From: a virus
Taxonomy: Duplodnaviria; Caudoviricetes
DNA length: 25,681 nucleotides
Direction: 5' to 3' (one strand)
IMG/VR virus record: IMGVR_UViG_3300007643_000022
Coordinates: 1 to 25,681 of that record
Translations under genes and position numbers: made by a program
In this document: one piece after another, positions 1-9,000 of the stretch
How the letters are laid out: every line of letters begins with the position of its first letter
Position numbering within the stretch: position 1 is the first letter of the stretch
Notes under the pieces: model-generated
Told to the model about the DNA's origin: nothing
The model's input: the letters and a program-made list of their open reading frames with translations, nothing else
Databases searched by the model: none

Positions 1-1073
1 TGGTCCATGAACCATGGACGGCCGAAGAAATTGACGAAGTCCCAGCCGCCATCGAAGCGGTTCACGTTGCGGAACTCAACCTTCGAGTCCAGCGCAGCCG
101 CATACCGTTCGTGGGTCTCGTAGCTCGAGATCGCGTAAGCGACCCGGCCACGACGGACGCGCTTCGCAACACGGTTCCGCGCACGGCGCAGATCCTGAAT
201 CGCGGAAGTCTGCGTAGCGGTCAGCTCCTCGGGAGCCCACTTCGCCACGTCCGAGACCGCCAGCCCTTGCAGCGTCGGCCGCAGGGTGGAGTCGTAGAAC
301 CCGAGCATCCCCATCGCGGGGCGGTTGTCCTCGGTCTCGCCGGGATCGGTCCAGCCCTCGATCGTGTTTTGCAGGTACACGTAGTCGTCTGCCGCCAGTG
401 TGGCGCTCGCCAACGTGTGACCCGACTCCAACTCGACCTCGATCTGTCCGTCCGTCCCGGTGTCGAAGAGGACGTTCTTGACGATCCCGGTCCCACGGTC
501 CGCCGACACACCGGACGTGAAGCCCTTCGTGTCGAGGATGTGGAGAACCTGACCCTCTCGGATGATCGACTCCGGAGAGCCGCCCGAGGTGAGGCCGTAC
601 GAACGGTTCAGGATCAGCTTGTTGTCCGCGGTTACGGTCTCGGAAACGACCCGAGCCATGCAACCGGAACCATCGCCCCACAGGTACTGGTTCGCAGTCA
701 GCGTCACCGCGTCGCGCGTCGCAGTCATGTGGTGCTGGAGCGCACGCGCGAACGCGTGTGCATTGGTCCGTGCCTTCCTCATCAGCTTCAGGCTGATTCG
801 CAGACGGAACGTCATCTGCTTGAGGCGCACGTTGACCGTGCTGAGACGGGAGTAGCCGCTGTCGGCCACGTCCGCCTGTTCACCGTGGAACGAACCGCCT
901 TCGTTCAACCCGGTCTGGATGGCGATTACTGCCTCGTCGCCCTCAGCCGTGATGGAAGAGGTGTTCTGCCGAATGAACCGGAGGTTCGGGAAGTCGTCGT
1001 TGAACTGACGAACGATCCCAGGCAGATAGTTCTTCTGAAGCAGGTTCGCCACGGATACAGTGTTTGCTGTCAT
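1..1073 (-). CDS. Major capsid protein (HK97-fold), 3' end outside the window
   Basis: Manual translation from ATG 1073 is open to the window edge (357 codons): MTANTVSVANLLQKNYLPGIVRQFNDDFPNL...ISLKLMRKARTNAHAFARAL...ANQYLWGDGSG...FDGGWDFVNFFGRPWFMD. It has a GGAG RBS and lies directly downstream of the scaffold gene. It is not in the ORF track because no stop codon is in the window. Confidence 0.85.
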   Translation of the reverse strand, partial: MTANTVSVANLLQKNYLPGIVRQFNDDFPNLRFIRQNTSSITAEGDEAVIAIQTGLNEGGSFHGEQADVADSGYSRLSTVNVRLKQMTFRLRISLKLMRKARTNAHAFARALQHHMTATRDAVTLTANQYLWGDGSGCMARVVSETVTADNKLILNRSYGLTSGGSPESIIREGQVLHILDTKGFTSGVSADRGTGIVKNVLFDTGTDGQIEVELESGHTLASATLAADDYVYLQNTIEGWTDPGETEDNRPAMGMLGFYDSTLRPTLQGLAVSDVAKWAPEELTATQTSAIQDLRRARNRVAKRVRRGRVAYAISSYETHERYAAALDSKVEFRNVNRFDGGWDFVNFFGRPWFMD

Positions 1074-1105
1074 CTGTGGACACTCCGTGAGTTAGTGCCG
1101 TGAGT

Positions 1106-2527
1106 CTAGGTGCCCGACGTGAGCTCCTTCACGATTGCATCGGGAATGGAATTCCAGTCGGTCGCCGGTTGTCTTTGGGACTTCTTCTGACCGCTCGGCG
1201 GGCGCTTGTTGTGGGACCTTCTCCTCACGGGCGGCTTCTTCGCGATTGTCCGCTTCTCGCGGTCGCGTGACCTGCTACCGAGGAGTCCCAACGCCACTTC
1301 CTTCAACGGTCGGGCTTTCGCTTCACTCTTCCATTTCGATACCACGTCTTCGTACGTCACCTTGGACCCAGCAGCCTGCGCTGCATCCACGATGGCGTCG
1401 ACTTCGCGAATCGCGATAGTGGTGAACGCTTTGGGGTAGCCCTTCCCTCGGATGTATCCCAAGTCATCCGGGATCTTGCCCCCAGGGGCAGTCTCCGAAG
1501 GTGTCTCGCTACCCTGCTCCTCTTCAGAAGCAGGCGAGTCCTTTTCGGAGCCGCCACCGATGTTGCCCTGCAATAGTCGTTCGATGCCCGCCAGCCTGCG
1601 GTTCAGGCGGAAGGCTTCGGGGTTCTCTTCAATCTGTTCGACCGTCGCATTCAGCTTCGCTGCGAGGGCCTTCAGGTACTCGGGGTCACTGTTGTCGACG
1701 AGGAACGACGAGAACTTGTCCGGGTCGTTGATGTCCTCGACGATGGCCGCCATCTGATCGTTCGCCTGCTGCTCGATCTGCTCGGCCTTCGCGACGGCCG
1801 CCTCCGCAGCCTTGCGGTCCGAAGACGCCTTCTGCTGCGCCTGCGTGACGGCGCCCTGGCCCATGTAGCCAGCCGCGCGGTTGACGATCTCCTTCAGCGT
1901 CACCTGCTCGGTCTCACCGTTGGCCGTGAACGGCAGCTCGACATCCATGAGCGCGTTCACCATGCCGACGCGGTCCTCGGGCTCGCTGAGGTGTTCGTCG
2001 ACCCAAGAGGCGAAGGGATCATCCTCGGATTCGGCGTCATCGGTCGGGGTCACGTCCGACTCGCTTTCCTCCTCGGAATCACCCTCCGCCCCTTCGGTTT
2101 CGGTTTCCTCTTCTTCCTCGCCAGCATCCCCTTCTTCTTCTGCTGCGTCGTCCTCCGCTTCGGACGATTCCTCCTCGGCATCGTCGCCCCCCGCGTCTTC
2201 GTCAGCGTCTTCATCGGCGTCGGCGGCAGCTTTCGCAGCGGCAGCGGCGTCCAACTCCGCTTCCTTTTCCATGATGGCGAGGTTGTCGTCGAGGCCACCC
2301 AGGATCTGTTCACGCGTGATCGCGGCTTCCACATCGGCTTCAGTGGGAACCTCGCGCACACCCGCAGCCTCGGTGGTGAGCCTCTCGATGTCATCGAGAG
2401 GCGCCGCGTCCCCGGCAGCCACTTCCTGCGCTGCATCGGACGCACCTGAGTCTGTGTTTCCCTCTATGCCGAACTCAGATTCGAGCCCGGACATCGAGAC
2501 CTTTTCCTTCACATCGCCATCGGACAT
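1106..2527 (-). CDS. Capsid scaffolding protein
   Basis: 473 aa with a very acidic, low-complexity N-half and a basic C-terminus. ELPFTANGETEQVTLKEIVNRAAGYMGQGAVTQAQQ resembles the scaffold motif VKVDGEE.EVTL.EL..GY.....YT.K.Q. It sits immediately upstream of the capsid gene. Confidence 0.75.
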   Translation of the reverse strand: MSDGDVKEKVSMSGLESEFGIEGNTDSGASDAAQEVAAGDAAPLDDIERLTTEAAGVREVPTEADVEAAITREQILGGLDDNLAIMEKEAELDAAAAAKAAADADEDADEDAGGDDAEEESSEAEDDAAEEEGDAGEEEEETETEGAEGDSEEESESDVTPTDDAESEDDPFASWVDEHLSEPEDRVGMVNALMDVELPFTANGETEQVTLKEIVNRAAGYMGQGAVTQAQQKASSDRKAAEAAVAKAEQIEQQANDQMAAIVEDINDPDKFSSFLVDNSDPEYLKALAAKLNATVEQIEENPEAFRLNRRLAGIERLLQGNIGGGSEKDSPASEEEQGSETPSETAPGGKIPDDLGYIRGKGYPKAFTTIAIREVDAIVDAAQAAGSKVTYEDVVSKWKSEAKARPLKEVALGLLGSRSRDREKRTIAKKPPVRRRSHNKRPPSGQKKSQRQPATDWNSIPDAIVKELTSGT

Positions 2528-2551
2528 TTGGTAACCCCTGGTTGGTGTGGT

Positions 2552-2878
2552 CTACTCAGCAACGCCGACCGAGATGAGGTCGGGGTCGGTGCCGGTAAGA
2601 GTGACGTGGAGGCCATCGCGGAAGACGAACCCAGCCGGGAACTCCTGCCATCGGCTTTCGCCAGCAGGAGCACTGATCGCACCGATGATGGTGCCGCCGG
2701 ATCCGCCGTCGCGGAGCGTTGCAGTCGCTGCGTCAGCGCCTGCTGTGATGGTCAGGGCAGTCACCGAACCGCACAGACCGCGTGCGTAGAGCTGCCCAGT
2801 CGCCTCAATGAGCGACGGTTCGCGGGCACGAAGAAGCAGGGCCTCTAGGTCCGCACGGTTCGATGAAAGCCTCGACAT
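2552..2878 (-). CDS. Small beta-sandwich virion protein (putative head decoration/spike base)
   Basis: 108 aa, beta-rich (TATLRDGGSGGTII...FPAGFVFRDGLHVTLTGTD), GAGG RBS. Paralogous to the N-terminus of 3259-5004. Confidence 0.55.
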   Translation of the reverse strand: MSRLSSNRADLEALLLRAREPSLIEATGQLYARGLCGSVTALTITAGADAATATLRDGGSGGTIIGAISAPAGESRWQEFPAGFVFRDGLHVTLTGTDPDLISVGVAE

Positions 2879-2905
2879 TGGTCCTCTCTGGTTTCAGTTG
2901 GTGGC

Positions 2906-3256
2906 TCAGGTCAGCTCGATACGAAGGTCAGTCGGCGCCTGAGCCGGAGGAGGGTCTTCCGCGAGCACCGGTTCCGACGGTGCGTTGAAGAAGGGTCCAT
3001 CCACCAGCTCGCCGTTCAGTACGAACTTGCCGTCGGTCCGCTGACGTGAACGGACGAACACCGTCGAGAAGGCAGTGACGGATCCGTTGGCTGGCGGATT
3101 GAAGTTGACGACTTGGTCGACCGGCGCCTGCGGGTCCTGGATCACCTGATCGAAGAGGTCGACGGGGGACTGGCCGCTGGCCTGCTCCCGAACCAGCAGT
3201 CGGTAGTCGTACTGTCCCGCAAGGGGGGTGAACTTGATGTGCCGTGGTGTAGGCAT
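2906..3256 (-). CDS. Hypothetical beta-rich (FN3/Ig-like) virion protein
   Basis: Start moved to ATG 3256 (GGAG RBS, 2 nt after the upstream stop). 116 aa, MPTPRHIKFTP...APSEPV...PAQAPTDLRIELT. The ending resembles FN3-type P.AP..L strands. Confidence 0.5.
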   Translation of the reverse strand: MPTPRHIKFTPLAGQYDYRLLVREQASGQSPVDLFDQVIQDPQAPVDQVVNFNPPANGSVTAFSTVFVRSRQRTDGKFVLNGELVDGPFFNAPSEPVLAEDPPPAQAPTDLRIELT

Positions 3257-3258
3257 TT

Positions 3259-5004
3259 CTAGACTCCGTATCGGAGGGCGAGTGAGGTTTCGAGCGCGGT
3301 GAGATCCGCGTCCGACATCCAACCGAAGAAGGCTTCAGCGCCACGGTCGCCATCGAAGGCGTTCGCGTGAGCACTTGCATGGCCATAGGCGATTTTGTCG
3401 AGCGTGTCCATCTGCCCTGGGTCGAACGAGGTGCTGTCGATCACGTCCACCCCGTCGCGCCGGAGCTGCAATGCGGTCAACGCTTGGTCGAAACGGACCG
3501 AGTAGATCGCCATGTTGGTGCTCGGGACCACGTTCGCGGTGACCGCGACGGCGCCGGTCAGTCCACGCGCCTGGATCGCGTGCTGGGTACCACCGTTCCC
3601 TCGGACGAGGAAATACTGAGTGTTCCCTGCCTTGAAGAACCCCGGCATGATTGCGCGCACGTTCGAGTCGATCTTCACGGCTCCCACCCACGTGAACGCG
3701 AGATCGGCGGCCGTGACGTAAGCGAGGAAGGTTGCGTCGGTGCCAGTGAAGAAGTCCGGGTCGGCAACGCGAATGACAGAGCCACCGTTATTCACACGGA
3801 ACCGGTACTCCGGCTCCTGGCCACCGACAGCGGTGAGGTCGACCGAGTTTTCCTGATCGGTGTAGGTCGCGACGGCTCCACCTTCCGCGAACGAGGTCTC
3901 TTTGTCCGGGTCCCACTTCGCCAGCATCGTGCTCGCGACCTGGGCGAACGCGTCGACCTCAGCGGGGACTGAGAGCGGAGCAGTGCCCGGATCGGTCGTG
4001 TACCCGATGTAGTCGACATCGAACTGGGCGACGTTGGGGTTGATGCACATGAGCCCAACAGCACCTGCGGCCGTCGGCGGTGCGTCACCGGACGTGTAGT
4101 CCGCGTCCCAAGCCACCGGCTCGGTAACGTCGTGTCTCCAGAACTTCGTGCGGAAGCGGGTCTCACCACCGCCACCGTCGTCGATGCGGCAACGAACCCA
4201 GTACCACGACGGCGTCTCGCTGGTCTGCCAGTCGACGGCGCCCGGCTCAAGGCCGTTGGCTCCGTTGTCGATCTTGGCCGCCGCACCTTCAACGTCAGTC
4301 GCACCTCGGTTGTACACGACGGAGCCGACAGCATCGAACGTCGGGTCGGTCACGCCCGTCAGGCGCATCCCCGCACCGGCGTGCCACCTGTTCCCTACCT
4401 CGGGCGTGTGGAGCCGAAGGCGCGTGAGCACCTCGCCGTACTGCTGCGAGCCGAACGCGTCGACGCCGAGCCCCCACTCCACGAACACACCCGCGTCCGT
4501 GATGCGGAGGAACTGACCGCCCTGCATCCCGATGTCTTCGAGAACCTCGAACGAGAGAGTGCTGCCACCGTACTCGGTGAACCCGGTCGGGATGCCGCTG
4601 CCAGTGCTGACCTCGGAGAAGTCGGTGTAGCCAGACGTACCGTCGAAGGAGCCAGAGCCAGCCGACGCGACGGGATCGCTCAGCGTCATGCTGGTCACGC
4701 CCGCAACGAGAGCGCCCGGAGGACCGACCACGATGGCCGCCACGTCGGTGCCGGTCAGGCGCACGTACATGCCGTCCTGCACCAGACCGAGATCGCGGCT
4801 CACCGTCTCACCGATGCCGAGCGCGACCTTGAACACGACGTTCCCACCGGAACCGCCTGAAAGAACCTCGACCGTCCCGCCAGCAGCGTCGCCGCCGACA
4901 CACACGATCTTCGATCCATAGATCGCGGCGCCCTGCGCGTAGACCTGCGAGCTGGCAGTCAACGACGTTGGGATCAACCCCAGAACACTGCGATACCGTG
5001 TCAA
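3259..5004 (-). CDS. Putative head spike/fibre protein with ConA-like and LamG-like lectin domains
   Basis: 581 aa. The N-terminal domain is shared with 2552-2878. The central beta-sandwich contains WYWVRCRID...RTKFWRHDVTEPVAWD. The C-terminus is LamG-like (AKWDPD...VATYTDQ...GDRGAEAFFGWMSDADLTALETSLALRYGV). Confidence 0.6.
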   Translation of the reverse strand: MTRYRSVLGLIPTSLTASSQVYAQGAAIYGSKIVCVGGDAAGGTVEVLSGGSGGNVVFKVALGIGETVSRDLGLVQDGMYVRLTGTDVAAIVVGPPGALVAGVTSMTLSDPVASAGSGSFDGTSGYTDFSEVSTGSGIPTGFTEYGGSTLSFEVLEDIGMQGGQFLRITDAGVFVEWGLGVDAFGSQQYGEVLTRLRLHTPEVGNRWHAGAGMRLTGVTDPTFDAVGSVVYNRGATDVEGAAAKIDNGANGLEPGAVDWQTSETPSWYWVRCRIDDGGGGETRFRTKFWRHDVTEPVAWDADYTSGDAPPTAAGAVGLMCINPNVAQFDVDYIGYTTDPGTAPLSVPAEVDAFAQVASTMLAKWDPDKETSFAEGGAVATYTDQENSVDLTAVGGQEPEYRFRVNNGGSVIRVADPDFFTGTDATFLAYVTAADLAFTWVGAVKIDSNVRAIMPGFFKAGNTQYFLVRGNGGTQHAIQARGLTGAVAVTANVVPSTNMAIYSVRFDQALTALQLRRDGVDVIDSTSFDPGQMDTLDKIAYGHASAHANAFDGDRGAEAFFGWMSDADLTALETSLALRYGV

Positions 5005-7316
5005 CTCACGCTCTCCTCTTCGGAACCGCCCTCTTCTGAGCCCTCTTCCTCGCCGCCCTGCATCGCTTGGAGGAATGGACCCGCGACGACGGGGTCAGTG
5101 ATCGCCAGGATTGGCAACGCGCCTTGTAGCTGGATGGTCCAGTGGATCTCCAACAGCTTCTTGGCGATGGGTGAGATTCGCTGGTCGCCCTCGATCTTCT
5201 TGAGGCGCATCCGGTGCGAACGTTCGTGTACAACGTGGTTGTCGTAGCTGCTGACACCGAACGGCTCCATGAGCACGCCGGTCGTCACAGCCTCCTGCAA
5301 CAGAATCGCTGCCGTCTCGTCGTCGAGGGACAGGATCAGATCCTCTTCCTCCATCGCGTTCTGACGGTCCAGCTCTTCTTCACCGTACAGCTCGTCGTCG
5401 GTGCCCAGGTCGAAGACCTTGAGCAGACGCCGCACATCCGGCATCCGGGTCACCGGGTCGATCAGCGCACCGGCCTGGAACAGCTCGAGAGCCTGCTGTT
5501 TGACCGCCGAGGCCGAGCGCGGCATCCCTGAGCCCTTCACCACCTGAAGGTCGAGATCCTCTTGGATGTCGGCCTGCATGAACGCGTTCATCCGGTACGG
5601 TGCGTCACCGGCGAGCTGCTCAAGGCGGGGGTCCTCTTCCGGGAAGTACCGCTGCACGAGGAGCAGACCCTTCTTCACGATGTCGCTGTACGCCTCTTCG
5701 AGCTCGTTTCCGCCGAACCCGAGCTGGGCGGCATCGGCCTCCTGAAGCAACGAGACCGCGACACCCGACAGGCGGGCGGGCAGGGCCCCCTGTGACACCT
5801 CGCGACGACCACCAATCTCCATCCACAGCTCGTTCAGCTCACGGATGAACTCGATGGTGTCTGCGGCGAGCGTCGGTGGGTTCGCCCACTCAGGCTTCGC
5901 GCCGAAGCGGTTGGCCTGATACCGCACGCGCATCGTGGTCCCCGACGCTGTGACGCGTCGTGAGATGCGAGCCTCTTTCGGTTCGAGGAACGTGGGGCTC
6001 GCTGTGCGGAGCAGCACCTCCTCGCGCATCGAGAAGACCCAATCGAACATCTGGTTCAGCTCGCGGAGCGGTGTCGCCCAGGCTGGTGACCAGTAGCCCG
6101 CGGATTGCGACAGCTTCATCTCGCGGAACGGCAGCTCGCCGCCCGGCGTGTGGTTGTCGGCCATCTCGAAGATGAAGCCCTCGGGTGAGAACACGACGCG
6201 CAACCCGTTCGGGAAGCGCACCAACGCCTCTCCGGTCTCGGACGAGTCCTGCAACACTTCGAGGGTGAGGTTCGAGTTTTCTACGTCGGCCAACCCCTCC
6301 AAGAACGCTGCGGTGAGCACGAAGCCGCGCTTACCCCAGAACTCGCAGAAGATGACCTCCTCCTCTTCGGCGGCCCGGTTCGAACCCGAGTCGTTCGCGT
6401 TGCCCTGGCCCCAGGGGTCCTCGCGACCGAGAAGCGACTGCACCTGACGCAGTGTCCAGAAGCCATGCTCCTGCGGGTCGGTCGCCTCCGACTCGCGGAC
6501 CATCTGCTGCTGTTGCTCGATGTTCATGTACTGCTCCCTCGCCTGCGCTAGCGAGAGGAAGCGGTCACGTCCGATCCACTGCATGTCGCGCACGGAGCTG
6601 GCCCGGTTGTTGGTCCACATCTCCATCGGCGACAGGTACTCGAAGACGAGGTTCGGCTTGTGTTGGAAGCCGGTCAGCTCTTGATAGACCGGATCGGGCT
6701 CCCATTCCACGTCGACGTACGCGGTGCAGACGCCACCGAGGATCATCCACATGGTGGCCTGTGAGCGTTGCGGGAAGCTGTACGCCTGCGGAGCCATCCA
6801 CTCGTACACCTCGTTCGCGAACTTCGAAGAGTCGCGGTCGGTCTGCTGCTTCGTCGCAGGGTTCACCGAGGCGGTCGGCTGGAGCGCGGACAGAGCGCCA
6901 TGCTGCGCACGGTACCAGGGCTCGAACTTGTGGATCTTCCGACGCACGTGATTGCGTGGGAGTGGCGTGGCTACGATTCCGCGCCTCCCCTTGTCGGCCT
7001 CCACGTAGTGGTGCCCGTTCTTGAACGCGAAGTTGAGTAGCGTGTTCTCATCCTGCGCCCACCGCTCATCGAGCGCGTCAGTGCGGATGTTCGAGAGCAG
7101 GTCGCCCAGCGCGGTCAACGCCATCGCCGCGCCCGCTGCGCTCATGCCCGCCTTGGTGTCTTCGCCAAGCGCACCGGACGACGCGAGGAATTGGTCGACC
7201 GGCTCCATCTCGCCCGTCCCCAACGCCTCGATCGCTTGCATCGGACCGGCGCCCGTCTCCGACTGCATCATCTCGTCGAACTGGCGAAGCTGCCCGTCCA
7301 CCAAAGAGTCGGCCAT
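5001..7316 (-). CDS. Portal protein (P22-like)
   Basis: 771 aa, located between terminase and scaffold. It carries typical portal segments (VNPATKQQTDRDSSK, IGGRREVSQG...SGVAVSLLQEAD, YDNHVVHERSH). Confidence 0.85.
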   Translation of the reverse strand: MADSLVDGQLRQFDEMMQSETGAGPMQAIEALGTGEMEPVDQFLASSGALGEDTKAGMSAAGAAMALTALGDLLSNIRTDALDERWAQDENTLLNFAFKNGHHYVEADKGRRGIVATPLPRNHVRRKIHKFEPWYRAQHGALSALQPTASVNPATKQQTDRDSSKFANEVYEWMAPQAYSFPQRSQATMWMILGGVCTAYVDVEWEPDPVYQELTGFQHKPNLVFEYLSPMEMWTNNRASSVRDMQWIGRDRFLSLAQAREQYMNIEQQQQMVRESEATDPQEHGFWTLRQVQSLLGREDPWGQGNANDSGSNRAAEEEEVIFCEFWGKRGFVLTAAFLEGLADVENSNLTLEVLQDSSETGEALVRFPNGLRVVFSPEGFIFEMADNHTPGGELPFREMKLSQSAGYWSPAWATPLRELNQMFDWVFSMREEVLLRTASPTFLEPKEARISRRVTASGTTMRVRYQANRFGAKPEWANPPTLAADTIEFIRELNELWMEIGGRREVSQGALPARLSGVAVSLLQEADAAQLGFGGNELEEAYSDIVKKGLLLVQRYFPEEDPRLEQLAGDAPYRMNAFMQADIQEDLDLQVVKGSGMPRSASAVKQQALELFQAGALIDPVTRMPDVRRLLKVFDLGTDDELYGEEELDRQNAMEEEDLILSLDDETAAILLQEAVTTGVLMEPFGVSSYDNHVVHERSHRMRLKKIEGDQRISPIAKKLLEIHWTIQLQGALPILAITDPVVAGPFLQAMQGGEEEGSEEGGSEEESVS

Positions 7317-7645
7317 CAGTTAAGCTCCAGCAGCGGGCGGGAAGCGAGGTGGTTGTCGATCTGGTCCTCATCCCAACCCTGCTCGCGCATCTCGTCCTTC
7401 CACTCGTCGAGCACGCGCTGCTGGTGGTTCTGAGCGAGCGCCCACACCCGTGTCGGGTCGGCCTCTTCTTCAGCGGGCTCCGGCACGGTGCGCGGGCCCG
7501 GGTTCACTGCGAACGAAGTCGACTCGATCTCGCGGATCCGAAGGTGCTTCCATCCGAGGAACACGACGGCCCCGGCGAACACCATGAAGCCGACGCTCGC
7601 GGCGACGATGAACGCGGCGAGGAACGCCCACATGAACTCAGGCAT
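7316..7645 (-). CDS. Hypothetical membrane protein
   Basis: 109 aa with an N-terminal hydrophobic helix (FMWAFLAAFIVAASVGFMVFAGAVVFLGW) and an AAGGAG RBS. Its stop overlaps the portal start. Confidence 0.7.
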   Translation of the reverse strand: MPEFMWAFLAAFIVAASVGFMVFAGAVVFLGWKHLRIREIESTSFAVNPGPRTVPEPAEEEADPTRVWALAQNHQQRVLDEWKDEMREQGWDEDQIDNHLASRPLLELN

Positions 7646-7838
7646 CGGACGACTCCTTGGCTGTACGCTCGGCCTTCATCACGCCCTCAGACATGCCCTC
7701 GTTGTCACGGGCCGACGGTGGTGCGGCACCCTGACCCTGACCCATCACGTCCTGGGGGGTGACGGTGCGAGGCATGTTCAGCGGGTTCTGAAGGATGGCT
7801 GCCGCCTGCATGGCTTGCAGCTTGGTGAAGAACGTCAT
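7638..7838 (-). CDS. Hypothetical protein
   Basis: 66 aa. ATGA overlap with the terminase nuclease gene; fills the operon. Confidence 0.6.
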   Translation of the reverse strand: MTFFTKLQAMQAAAILQNPLNMPRTVTPQDVMGQGQGAAPPSARDNEGMSEGVMKAERTAKESSDA

Positions 7839-8998
7839 CGTGTGACCCTCTGCCGGAAGCGACCGGCGATGTTGGCGTGGTGCTCCTGGGCGATCTCGTC
7901 GGCGGTCTTCATCACCCCGACGGTGTGGCGCGACGTGAACTGCTCCAAGTCGATCAGCCCTTCCTTCTCCGAATCGCCAACGTCACCACGTAGCAGACGC
8001 ATCTCGTTCACGAAACGGATGAGGTTGGTCACGCTGTGATCGTCCTTGTCGACGGGCTTCTCCTGCTCGTTTCGGCGACCACGGACCTCCGACGACGCCC
8101 ACTCACCCCACGCGTAGTTCTTCACCTCGCGGATGGTGTTGGGTACGGTCGGATGGAAGACCAGGGTCGGTTCGGTCTGCCACGCGCCTTCGAGGATCTC
8201 CTCCTCGCTCGCGGGGCGGTAGTTGTCATCGGAATCGTAGAGCGGCACGCCGTTGTGGTCGACCCAGTAGTTGGCGATGCGCACGATCATCTCGACGATG
8301 GATTCGTTCTTGTGGTTGTTCCCCGTCACGACAGGGATGCCCCAACCGAGATCCTCGATGTGAGCGGTCAGCTGTTCGAACACCGTCTCGGCCGAGTCGT
8401 CGACCTTCTCCGGAGACGCTGCGGACTGGTGCTCCTGCTTCGCGCCCGGGTCGACGATGATGGACTCGACGTTCTCCAAGTACTGATTGCCGTCGCGGTC
8501 GGTCACCGACGACAGCTCATGCGCGTACCACGCCACATCCTTCGCGGAGCGACGACGCTGGTAGAACTCGCGATACACGTGGACCGGGAGGAAGCCCCAG
8601 TGATTCGGCTTCGAGTCCACGTCGACGGCCACCCACAACATCGAGGTCGGGTTCGTCCAGCCTGGGTCAATCAGGATCCATCGCGGCCAGTGAGCTGGTG
8701 GGTCGAACGCGAGGTTCAGCTCGTTGCTGTCCGGGTCGTACTGCTCGAAGACGAGTTTACCGGCCTTGGCGTCCCACTCGATCTCCTGCTCCTTCCGCCA
8801 ACGCCACGACTTCAATCCACCGTACTTGGGCGAGGCGCGGTACTTCCAGTCCCCGCGCCTCGCCGGATCGGCGGTGTAATGCACCTCCACGACAACGAAC
8901 CCGTTGCCCGCGTTGTGCCACGCCCTCACGCCGGGCATGGGGGAAATCAGCTCCCCAACGCGAGGGGCGGTCACCGGGATCTTCGAGAAGGCTTCCAC
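7835..8998 (-). CDS. terL: Terminase large subunit, C-terminal part (linker + RNase H-like nuclease domain)
   Basis: Motifs VHYTADP...W, EQEIEWDA.AGKLVF, WILIDPGWTNPT (first catalytic Asp), VYREFY, IIVDPG (second Asp) and KPVDKDDH. There are no Walker motifs. Start is GTG 8998, or alternatively ATG 8938 with GGGGAG upstream. Confidence 0.85.
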   Translation of the reverse strand: MEAFSKIPVTAPRVGELISPMPGVRAWHNAGNGFVVVEVHYTADPARRGDWKYRASPKYGGLKSWRWRKEQEIEWDAKAGKLVFEQYDPDSNELNLAFDPPAHWPRWILIDPGWTNPTSMLWVAVDVDSKPNHWGFLPVHVYREFYQRRRSAKDVAWYAHELSSVTDRDGNQYLENVESIIVDPGAKQEHQSAASPEKVDDSAETVFEQLTAHIEDLGWGIPVVTGNNHKNESIVEMIVRIANYWVDHNGVPLYDSDDNYRPASEEEILEGAWQTEPTLVFHPTVPNTIREVKNYAWGEWASSEVRGRRNEQEKPVDKDDHSVTNLIRFVNEMRLLRGDVGDSEKEGLIDLEQFTSRHTVGVMKTADEIAQEHHANIAGRFRQRVTR

Positions 8999-9000
8999 GA

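Noticed and set aside
3259-5004. Diversity-generating retroelement target
   Set aside because: No reverse transcriptase and no TR/VR repeat pair seen in the window; the C-terminus looks LamG-like rather than C-type lectin.
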